In this document: positions 24,626 to 32,000 of the stretch, one piece after another
How the letters are laid out: each line of letters begins with the position of its first letter
Position numbering within the stretch: position 1 is the first letter of the stretch
Assembly: GCF_000196555.1 (NCBI RefSeq)
Contig: NC_015067.1
Coordinates: 960,001 to 992,000 of the forward strand
Length of the DNA: 32,000 nucleotides
Direction: 5' to 3'
DNA from: Bifidobacterium longum subsp. longum JCM 1217
Lineage (GTDB): Bacteria; Actinomycetota; Actinomycetes; Actinomycetales; Bifidobacteriaceae
Program-made: the position numbers and the translations under genes
Notes under the pieces: model-generated
The model's input: the letters and a program-made list of their open reading frames with translations, nothing else
Told to the model about the DNA's origin: nothing
Databases searched by the model: none

Positions 24626-26161
24626 ATGGGCGACCCGAGAGGATTTCTGAAGGTCCGTACCCGCCGAGAGCTGGCTGAACGCCCCGTTGAGGAACGTATC
24701 AAGGACTGGTTCGACGTTCACGCCGAAACCGGCCTGCAACCGTGGACCCAAGCGCAGGCGGCCCGCTGCATGGATTGCGGCACCCCGTTCTGTATGACCG
24801 GATGTCCGCTGGGCAACCTGATTCCTGAGTGGAACGATCTGGTCCGTCAGGGCAAGTGGGAGGACGCGTACAACCGTCTGTCCATGACCAACAACTTCCC
24901 TGAAGTCACCGGTCGTATCTGCCCGGCTCTGTGCGAGCAGGCCTGCGTGCTCGGCATCCACCAGCCGCCGACCATGATTCGCAACGACGAATGCACGATT
25001 ATCGATCAGGCCTGGGATCTTGACATCGTCAAGCCTTTGCCGCCGCAGCGTCTGACCGACCAGACGGTCGCCGTCGTCGGCTCCGGCCCTGCCGGCCTCG
25101 CCGCCGCACAGCAGCTCACCCGCGCCGGCCACACCGTCGTCGTCTACGAGAAGGACGACGCCATCGGTGGTCTGATGCGTTACGGCATCCCGAACTTCAA
25201 GCTTGAAAAGGGTCTGATCGACCGCCGTGTCAAGCAGATGGAGGCCGAAGGCACCCGCTTCCGCACCAACGTGGAAATCGGCAAGGACATCACGTGGGAT
25301 GACCTGCGTGACCGTTACGACGCCGTCGTAGTGGCCATCGGCTCCCGCGTGCCGCGCGATATGAAGATTCCGGGCCGCGAGCTCGACGGCATCCACTTCG
25401 CCCTCGACTTCCTGCCCGACGCCACGCGCCGTATCTTCGGCGTCAAGCCGGTGCACGACATCACCGCCAAGGACAAGCACGTCATCGTCATCGGCGGTGG
25501 CGACACCGGTTCCGACTGCCTCGGCACCTCGATCCGTCAGGGTGCGAAGGACGTCACCGTGCTACAGATCATGCCGAAAGAGCCGTCAAGCCGTCCGGAC
25601 AACAGCCCGTGGCCGACCTTCGCCCGCACCTACCAGAAGACCTCCTCCATGGAAGAGGGCGGCGAGTACATCTACTCCACCGACTCCGTGAACTTCGAGG
25701 GCACCGAAGAGGAGAAGGCCAAGGTCACCATTGATAACTCGACCACCGCCGAAGGCTTCGTGGCCGATGAGCGTGGTCATGTCACCGGCTTGAAGGTCGT
25801 CTCCGTGGCTCCCGGCGAAAATGGTCCGTTCACCCGCCAGCCCGGCACCGAGCGCGTGCTGCCCGCCGATCTGGTCCTCATCTCCGTGGGCTTCCTGCAC
25901 CCGGACACCGAGACCATCCTCGACCAGCTGCCCGTCGAACTCGACAAGCGTGGCAACATCGCTCGCAATGACAAGTTCGCCACCTCCCAGGATGGCGTGT
26001 TCGTGTGCGGCGATGCCGGCCGTGGCCAGAGCCTCGTGGTCTGGGCCATCGCCGAAGGCCGCTCCTGCGCCGCAGCCGTGGACGAGTACCTCTCCAAGGA
26101 AAAGAGCGAGCTGCCGGCCCCGATCAAGTCCAGCCAGCGTCCGATGATGCTGCCTCGCTGA
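24626..26161 (+). CDS. gltD: Glutamate synthase small subunit (NADPH)
   Basis: ATG 24626 lies 1 nt after the gltB TGA, with GGAAGGAG SD. Fe-S Cys clusters (CMDCGTPFC, GCPLGN) and dinucleotide motif VVGSGPAGLAAA. The track ORF start at 24569 overlaps gltB and is not needed. Confidence 0.95.
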   Translation: MGDPRGFLKVRTRRELAERPVEERIKDWFDVHAETGLQPWTQAQAARCMDCGTPFCMTGCPLGNLIPEWNDLVRQGKWEDAYNRLSMTNNFPEVTGRICPALCEQACVLGIHQPPTMIRNDECTIIDQAWDLDIVKPLPPQRLTDQTVAVVGSGPAGLAAAQQLTRAGHTVVVYEKDDAIGGLMRYGIPNFKLEKGLIDRRVKQMEAEGTRFRTNVEIGKDITWDDLRDRYDAVVVAIGSRVPRDMKIPGRELDGIHFALDFLPDATRRIFGVKPVHDITAKDKHVIVIGGGDTGSDCLGTSIRQGAKDVTVLQIMPKEPSSRPDNSPWPTFARTYQKTSSMEEGGEYIYSTDSVNFEGTEEEKAKVTIDNSTTAEGFVADERGHVTGLKVVSVAPGENGPFTRQPGTERVLPADLVLISVGFLHPDTETILDQLPVELDKRGNIARNDKFATSQDGVFVCGDAGRGQSLVVWAIAEGRSCAAAVDEYLSKEKSELPAPIKSSQRPMMLPR

Positions 26162-26183
26162 ATACTTTCCAAACAGAAACATG

Positions 26184-26211
26184 AAAATCCCTTCTTCATG
26201 AGGGGATTTTT
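26184..26211 (+). terminator. Rho-independent terminator of gltBD
   Basis: AAAATCCCTT / AGGGGATTTT stem (about 10 bp, 7-nt loop) running into a T-run. Confidence 0.7.
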
Positions 26212-26349
26212 GCGTTTCTGGGATTAATTACTGCCTTGAGTCTTAAGTAATGTCTATATTTCGAGAATATTGCATACGTGGTTAACATGAAGCTCCTATG
26301 GTGTCTTTCGTCGCCAAAAAGACGACGCCAGAATATTTGGGAGAGATTC

Positions 26350-27990
26350 ATGAACACACGTCATGTCACTTCACTGGTCGCGGCCGGTGCGGCAATCGTC
26401 ATGCTGCTCAGCGGCTGCGGATCGACCGGTACCTCCAATTCCAGCAATGCTTCAGATTCCAATATCATTTCCGTGTACGGCAGTGAGCCGGCACACCCAC
26501 TATTCCCCGGCAACACCACTGAGGCCGGTGGCGGCAAGGTTGTAGACCAGCTGTTCGCAGGTCTGGTGACCTACGATGCGAAGGGCGGCATCCACAACGA
26601 GGTAGCAGACAGCATCACCTCCAGCGACAACGCCACGCATTACGTCATCAAGCTCAAGAGCGGATGGAAGTTCACCGACGGCACTCCGGTGACCGCGCAC
26701 TCCTTCGTAAACGCATGGAATTACACCGCCAACAGTGCCAACAAGCAGGCCAGCGCCAGCTTCTTCAGCACAATCGAAGGCTATGATGATCTGCAAAAGC
26801 CGGACGTGGACCCCAAGGCCACGCTGAGCGGCCTGACCGTCGTTGACGACAACACCATCGATGTCAAGCTCAGCCAGCCCGACTCGGCATTCCCGGTCAA
26901 GGCCGGCAGCCACGCCTACATGCCGTTGCCCGAATCCGCGTTCAAGGACCCGAAGAAGTTCGGTCAGCACCCAGTGAGCAACGGCCCATACAAGTTCGTG
27001 TCCTGGCAGCACAACCACAGCATCGAAATGGTGAAGAACCCTGACTACAAGGGCAATCGTGTCGCCAAGAACGATGGCCTGAACTTCAAGATCTATACCT
27101 CGCCTGATTCGGCATACGCCGACCTACGCGGTGGCAACCTGGACTTCACGAACACGATTCCTGACACCGCACTTACCTCCTTCCAATCCGACAAGTCGCT
27201 GAAGGCATACAACGAGCCCGGTGGCAATACGCTCACCTTCACCATTCCTGAATGGCTGGAACACTTCGGCCAGAACGAGGAAGGCAACCTGCGTCGTCAG
27301 GCCATTTCCATGTCCATCGACCGCAAGACCGTCGCCGAGAAGATCTTCCACGGCACCGCCACGCCCGCCGTCGACTTCCTTGCAGCCCCAATCAGCGCCT
27401 ACTCCAAGGAACTCAAGGGAAATGAAGTACTGAAGTACAACCCGTCCAAGGCCAAGGAACTGTGGGCCAAGGCCAACGCCATCTCCCCGTGGAGCGGTGA
27501 GTTCGGCATTGCATACAATGCTGATGGCACTGCGAAGAACTGGGTTGAGGCAATCTGCAACTACATCAAGAACACGCTGGATATCGATGCCAAGAGCATC
27601 CCGATGTCCACTTCCGACGAGTTCCTGTCCAATGTGGATTCAGGCAAGATGACCTCCGCATACCGTAGCGGTTGGGGCCCTGATTATCCATCCGCGGACA
27701 ACTATCTGGTACAGCTGTACGATTCCAGTTCGGCCGACGGCAAGGGCGGCAACAGCGGCAACTACAAGAACCCCGAGTTCGATGCCATGATGGACAAGGC
27801 TCTTTCCGCCCCGTCCACCGAGGAAGCCGACAAGTATTATCAGCAAGGTGAGGAGATTCTGCTGCAGGACCTTCCGGCTATCCCGTTGTGGAACCAGAAT
27901 GCCACCGCAGCCAGCACCTCCGCAATCTCCGGCGTCGCATTCGACTACGGCGGCGGCCCAGTGTTCACCGCACTGACCAAGAAGCAGTAA
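26350..27990 (+). CDS. ABC transporter substrate-binding lipoprotein, family 5 (peptide/oligosaccharide type)
   Basis: Start at ATG 26350 (GGGAGAG SD) gives signal peptide MNTRHVTSLVAAGAAIVMLLSGC with a lipobox. It has the length and composition of OppA/DppA-like SBPs. No permease or ATPase genes are adjacent. Confidence 0.9.
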   Translation: MNTRHVTSLVAAGAAIVMLLSGCGSTGTSNSSNASDSNIISVYGSEPAHPLFPGNTTEAGGGKVVDQLFAGLVTYDAKGGIHNEVADSITSSDNATHYVIKLKSGWKFTDGTPVTAHSFVNAWNYTANSANKQASASFFSTIEGYDDLQKPDVDPKATLSGLTVVDDNTIDVKLSQPDSAFPVKAGSHAYMPLPESAFKDPKKFGQHPVSNGPYKFVSWQHNHSIEMVKNPDYKGNRVAKNDGLNFKIYTSPDSAYADLRGGNLDFTNTIPDTALTSFQSDKSLKAYNEPGGNTLTFTIPEWLEHFGQNEEGNLRRQAISMSIDRKTVAEKIFHGTATPAVDFLAAPISAYSKELKGNEVLKYNPSKAKELWAKANAISPWSGEFGIAYNADGTAKNWVEAICNYIKNTLDIDAKSIPMSTSDEFLSNVDSGKMTSAYRSGWGPDYPSADNYLVQLYDSSSADGKGGNSGNYKNPEFDAMMDKALSAPSTEEADKYYQQGEEILLQDLPAIPLWNQNATAASTSAISGVAFDYGGGPVFTALTKKQ

Positions 27991-28017
27991 GCAGTAAGTA
28001 ATAAACAGACAGCGCTA

Positions 28018-28120
28018 GCCCCCCGCTGGCGGGGGCTGTCGGCAAAGCCGACTGGGGGTGGTCTCAAACAGCAGACCACCCCTAATCTTGTTATATGAGC
28101 GAGCTCCCGTAAGCGGGAGC
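28018..28120. repeat. Composite (forward + degenerate reverse) GC-rich structured repeat between the SBP and GH genes
   Basis: Forward unit 28018-28063 (GCCCCCCGCTGGCGGGGGCTGTCGGCAAAGCCGACTGGGGGTGGTC). Reverse remnant 28074-28120 (GACCACCCC...GAGCTCCCGTAAGCGGGAGC). GGTGGTCT/AGACCACC pair across the junction. Confidence 0.75.
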
Positions 28121-28149
28121 AATCGAGAACATACAGGAGCACATTAACT

Positions 28150-30045
28150 ATGGAATTCACCGTATCCGGCACTACCGTGCGATTCGATGAACGAACAATG
28201 CAGTTCGCTTTTACGCGCGACGGTGCCGAATGGAATACCTGCGCTGATTTCAAGCCGACCCTGCAATGCGCGCAAGGCACCTTCGCGTTCGCGGATGCCA
28301 CTTCCATCACCCATGAGCAGCGTGAAACCGGCACGGGAACCGGCATTCGCAGCATCTTCACCGGCTTTGGGCACAGCGCATACTCCTTTGAAACCTATGT
28401 ATGGGTGGAGCGTGCCTCAGGCGATGTGCTCTTCGAATGGATTCCGCTCAATGAGCAAGGCCTGAACATCACCAATGTGACGTGGCCCGCAGCCATGGAC
28501 TTCGATTGCGCCGACGACCATGACACGACACTCATCACCCATGAGCAAGGTGTGATGATCCCCAACACATGGCCTACCGCCGTGAGCACCAAAGACATCG
28601 CCTTCGACGGCCGCTTCGAAACGGCTGGCGGTTACATGCCGTGGTTCGCGCAGCTCCGCGCAGACGGACACGGGTATATCGCCATCTGCGAAACTCCATG
28701 GAATGCCGGTTACGGCATCGACCATCCCAGCAATGGCCCGTACACCCATATCAATACTTGGTTTGAGCCAAGCCTCGGCACAATGAATTATCGCCGCGTG
28801 GTACGCTACCAGTTCCTCGACCACGCCGATCACACGGCGGTGTGCAAGGCCTATCGTTCGTACGTCAACGAACGAGGTCGCCTGCGTACGCTCGCCGAAA
28901 AGGCGGCGCGCAATCCCTCCGTGCGTGACCTGATTGGTCGCTCGTGGGTGCACATCGGCATCAAAACCAAAGTGCAGCCCGACTCGTACTACTACGATAA
29001 GGACCACCCCGAGAAAAACGAGTCGCTGGTCACCTTCGCACAGCGCGAAAAGCAAATGCGAACACTGCACGGCATGGGTGCAGGCCGACTGTACATGCAC
29101 TTGGATGGTTGGGCACAGCCCGGATACGACAACGCACACCCCGACTATCTGCCGGCCTGTCAGGAGGCAGGCGGCTGGGAAGGCATGAAGTCGCTGGTCG
29201 ACGCCTGCCATGAGCAAGGCGATATTTTCGGCACGCATGACCAGTACCGCGATTACTACTTCACCGCGCAAACCTTTGATGCCAACAATGCGATTCGGCT
29301 GGCAGACGGTACGATGCCCGAACACGCACGCTGGGCGGGCGGCCGCCAGACCTACCTGTGCGCCGAGCTCGCACCGGACTACGTGCGCCGCAATTTCACC
29401 CAGATTGCCGCGCATGGCATCAAACTCGACTGTGCATACTTGGATGTCTTCACCTGCAACGAAGGCGACGAATGCTCGAACCCCGAACACCGCATGACCC
29501 GCCGCGAATGCTTTGACCGCCGCGCCGAATGCTTCGAATATCTGCTCTCGCACGGCATCCTCTCCTCGTCCGAAGAGGTATCGGACTGGGCAGTGCCAAG
29601 CCTGATATTCTGCCATTACGCGCCATACGACTTCCAGATGCGCTCACCCAACGAGCCGCGCCAAGGTGTACCGGTGCCGCTGTATAACCTCGTCTACCAT
29701 GATTGCGTTATCGAGCCGTGGATGATGGAGCGTGTGGTGGACGGCGACGATTACATGCTGTACGCCTTGCTCAACGGCGGAGCTCCATACCTGATTCGCG
29801 ATGCCGCATACATCGGCGTTGACGGCGACATGGACGACGAACAGCGCGCTCGCACGGAAAACGACATCGAACGCTGCCATACGGTCGCTGCATTCCATGA
29901 GCGGGTCGGCATGCAGGAACTGGTTCGTCACGAGTTCGTGGATGATGATCCGCTGGTGCAGCGTTCGGTATTCGCGGACGGCACTGCGGTCACTTGCGAC
30001 TTCCATACGCAAACCTATCGCATCACCGACTGCCCGCATCACTGA
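28150..30045 (+). CDS. Glycoside hydrolase, GH129-like (putative alpha-N-acetylgalactosaminidase)
   Basis: 631-aa cytoplasmic ORF (no signal peptide) with AGGAGC SD. Size and sequence character match my recollection of the bifidobacterial GH129 enzyme NagBb, a distant relative of GH101. Candidate catalytic acids are in YLDVF (D432) and SSEEV (E475/E476). The family call is from memory. Confidence 0.6.
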   Translation: MEFTVSGTTVRFDERTMQFAFTRDGAEWNTCADFKPTLQCAQGTFAFADATSITHEQRETGTGTGIRSIFTGFGHSAYSFETYVWVERASGDVLFEWIPLNEQGLNITNVTWPAAMDFDCADDHDTTLITHEQGVMIPNTWPTAVSTKDIAFDGRFETAGGYMPWFAQLRADGHGYIAICETPWNAGYGIDHPSNGPYTHINTWFEPSLGTMNYRRVVRYQFLDHADHTAVCKAYRSYVNERGRLRTLAEKAARNPSVRDLIGRSWVHIGIKTKVQPDSYYYDKDHPEKNESLVTFAQREKQMRTLHGMGAGRLYMHLDGWAQPGYDNAHPDYLPACQEAGGWEGMKSLVDACHEQGDIFGTHDQYRDYYFTAQTFDANNAIRLADGTMPEHARWAGGRQTYLCAELAPDYVRRNFTQIAAHGIKLDCAYLDVFTCNEGDECSNPEHRMTRRECFDRRAECFEYLLSHGILSSSEEVSDWAVPSLIFCHYAPYDFQMRSPNEPRQGVPVPLYNLVYHDCVIEPWMMERVVDGDDYMLYALLNGGAPYLIRDAAYIGVDGDMDDEQRARTENDIERCHTVAAFHERVGMQELVRHEFVDDDPLVQRSVFADGTAVTCDFHTQTYRITDCPHH

Positions 30046-30152
30046 CTGAAAATACAATGACACACAGTGGGTTCCGATGGACTGGTGGCAAATTGCCGCC
30101 GATAAGCGAGTAATATAGCCAACAGTGTCACCGTCGAAACAGGAGTAGTGAA

Positions 30153-30617
30153 ATGCCGAATCGTGCAGAACGCCGTGCCCAAGCCAAAGCAGGCCGCAGG
30201 GGAGTGCCGTCGCAGTATGACCAGACCCGTGGCCGTGGCCGTTCGGGAATGATTGACGAATACCAGCTGCAGCAGAAGTCCCAGCGTCTGCAGGACGGCA
30301 CCGACGGCACCGAATGGAAGCCCAGCGGCGGTACGATTGCGGACACCGAAACCCTGCTGACCACTAACCCGAACTACACGAATCCGAAGATGTTCAAGGC
30401 ACCGCATTCGCTGCGTCAGTGGTTCCGTGTGGGCAGCTGGACGCTGATCGCCATCGCGATTATCGCGTTCTTCGTGGTTATGTGGCTGCCAAGCCATCCG
30501 ATGTGGCTGATCATCACCGTTTCCGCGGTGTTCATTGTGGGTGTGCTGAGCCTGTTCTTTACGGCTGGCGATTCCAAGCATAATCCGAATTTGGATCAGA
30601 ACGGCACGGCAGTCTGA
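30153..30617 (+). CDS. Hypothetical membrane protein (two TM segments)
   Basis: 154-aa ORF with AGGAG SD. Basic N-terminus (MPNRAERRAQAKAGRRG) and two hydrophobic helices near the C-terminus. Followed by a terminator. Confidence 0.75.
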   Translation: MPNRAERRAQAKAGRRGVPSQYDQTRGRGRSGMIDEYQLQQKSQRLQDGTDGTEWKPSGGTIADTETLLTTNPNYTNPKMFKAPHSLRQWFRVGSWTLIAIAIIAFFVVMWLPSHPMWLIITVSAVFIVGVLSLFFTAGDSKHNPNLDQNGTAV

Positions 30618-30648
30618 TCTTTTGCCCGGTAAATCCGGCTTGAAAAGC

Positions 30649-30680
30649 AAAACGCACGACGGAAGTTGTGCGTTTTCTTG
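30649..30680 (+). terminator. Rho-independent terminator
   Basis: AAAACGCAC (30649-30657) / GTGCGTTTT (30668-30676) with a T-rich tail. Confidence 0.7.
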
Positions 30681-30745
30681 TATGCGGTGCCCTAAAGTAA
30701 GAAGTGCTTGAGTTTCTTTCTGACGCACGAAGGAGAGGCAGTCCG

Positions 30746-31996
30746 ATGAAAGTTGATATTCTAACCCGCGAATACCCGCCGCATGTCTATGGTGGGGCCG
30801 GTGTACACGCCGAGGAACTGTCCAAGGTGCTTGCCGAGCGCATCGACGTAACCGTTCGTGCGTTTGATGGCAAGCGCACCGAGGCGGACATTCCTGCTAT
30901 CCCGAATGCTGCCGATGCTAAGGGCAGCTTGAAGGTCGTCGGCTATGACACGCCTTCTGAGCTGGCTGATGCCAACCCCGCATTGAAGACCTTCGGCGTT
31001 GATTTGCAGATCGCCAATGATGTGGACGCCGACATCATCCACGCGCACACCTGGTATGCCTGCCTGGCGGGCTACATGGCCAAGATGCTGCACGGCACTC
31101 CATTGGTTATTACCGCGCACTCTCTGGAACCGTTCCGCCCGTGGAAGCGTGAGCAGCTCGGCGGCGGCTACAATCTGAGCTCCTGGGCTGAGAAGGATGC
31201 TTACGAGCACGCCGATCGTGTGATCGCCGTGTCCGGTGGCATGCGCAAGGATATTCTGACTGCTTACCCGAACCTCGATCCGAACAAGGTGGTTGTGGTG
31301 TACAACGGCATCACCATGGCCGACTTCGCTACCCCGGCACCAGACGATCCGGGTTGGAAGGTGTTCGAGCGTTACCACATCGACCGTTCGAAGCCCACCC
31401 TGCTGTTCGTGGGCCGTATCACCCGCCAGAAGGGCCTGCCATACCTGCTCAAGGCACTGCACCTGATTTCCAAGGACATTCAGGTGGTGCTGTGCGCCGG
31501 TGCTCCTGACACCCCGGAAATCGCCGAAGAGGTCAAGATCGCGTTCGCCAAGCTGGATGAGGAACGCGGCAACATCGTCTGGATTGAAGAAATGCTGCCG
31601 AAGCCTGAGCTGAATGCTTTGGAACACGGCTGTGATGCCTTCATCTGCCCGAGCATCTACGAGCCGCTGGGCATCGTGAACCTTGAGGCCATGGCCTGCG
31701 GTCTGCCGGTCGTCGCATCCGCCACTGGCGGCATTCCGGAAGTCGTGGTCGACGGCGAAACCGGCTATCTGGTCCCGATCGACCAGCTGCACGACGGCAC
31801 CGGCACCCCCACCGATCCGGACAAGTTTGTGCACGACATGGCCGCCGCCATCGACAAGATCATGGCTGACCCCGAACTCGCCAAGAAGATGGGCCAGGCC
31901 GGCTACGAACGCGCCCGCGACGTGTTCAGCTGGGAGACCATCGCCGACAAGACCGTGGAAGTCTACCAGTCCGTGCTCGACGAGCAGAAGAAGTAA
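30746..31996 (+). CDS. glgA: Glycogen synthase (actinobacterial GT4 type)
   Basis: 416 aa from ATG 30746 (GAAGGAGAGG SD). N-terminus MKVDILTREYPPHVYGGAGVHAEEL and GT-B C-terminal motif (EPLGIVNLEAMACGLPVVASATGGIPEVV). Confidence 0.88.
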   Translation: MKVDILTREYPPHVYGGAGVHAEELSKVLAERIDVTVRAFDGKRTEADIPAIPNAADAKGSLKVVGYDTPSELADANPALKTFGVDLQIANDVDADIIHAHTWYACLAGYMAKMLHGTPLVITAHSLEPFRPWKREQLGGGYNLSSWAEKDAYEHADRVIAVSGGMRKDILTAYPNLDPNKVVVVYNGITMADFATPAPDDPGWKVFERYHIDRSKPTLLFVGRITRQKGLPYLLKALHLISKDIQVVLCAGAPDTPEIAEEVKIAFAKLDEERGNIVWIEEMLPKPELNALEHGCDAFICPSIYEPLGIVNLEAMACGLPVVASATGGIPEVVVDGETGYLVPIDQLHDGTGTPTDPDKFVHDMAAAIDKIMADPELAKKMGQAGYERARDVFSWETIADKTVEVYQSVLDEQKK

Positions 31997-32000
31997 GTAG

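Noticed and set aside
19846-24702. 1618-aa minus-strand ORF, the longest in the track
   Set aside because: It is the antisense shadow of gltB. The plus-strand protein has unmistakable glutamate synthase domains. The minus-strand translation is Gly/Ala/Val/Asp/His-rich with no recognisable motifs. Long stop-free antisense frames are expected at this GC content.

Overview
High-GC (~60%) actinobacterial chromosomal segment. Gene content and protein sequences (GH129-type glycosidase, Corynebacterium-type GlgA, several LacI paralogs, family-5 lipoprotein SBP, frequent GTG/TTG starts) look like Bifidobacterium, probably the B. longum group; this is inference from memory, no search was run. The backbone is housekeeping: partial alpha/beta hydrolase, rplY, ilvE, mazG, UPF0126 membrane protein, rpsT, lepA-hemW (1-nt overlap), a LacI regulator divergent from glycerate kinase, MATE exporter, second LacI regulator, DapB-like oxidoreductase, gltBD, SBP lipoprotein, GH129-like hydrolase, small membrane protein, glgA. 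No rRNA, tRNA, CRISPR, transposase or integrase was recognised. The stretch ~11.7-19.8 kb looks accessory and partly decayed, with gene remnants, pseudogenes and dense repeats. Worth a second look: (1) two tandem paralogous 42-codon ORFs hidden below the ORF-track cutoff, with a 20-bp perfect palindrome upstream and a MATE exporter downstream on the same strand; (2) a 46-nt hairpin repeat in 61-nt-period arrays at three loci, two of which bracket a DUF559/Vsr-fold gene in inverted orientation (REPtron-like layout); (3) a second, GC-rich structured repeat family (7 units, 5 loci) whose central hairpin shows compensatory changes, with one inverted pair sitting in frame inside hemW; (4) candidate cis-regulatory elements: an SD-sequestering helix before rplY, LacI-type operators, and a long leader before the UPF0126 gene. 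All functional interpretations are hypotheses.
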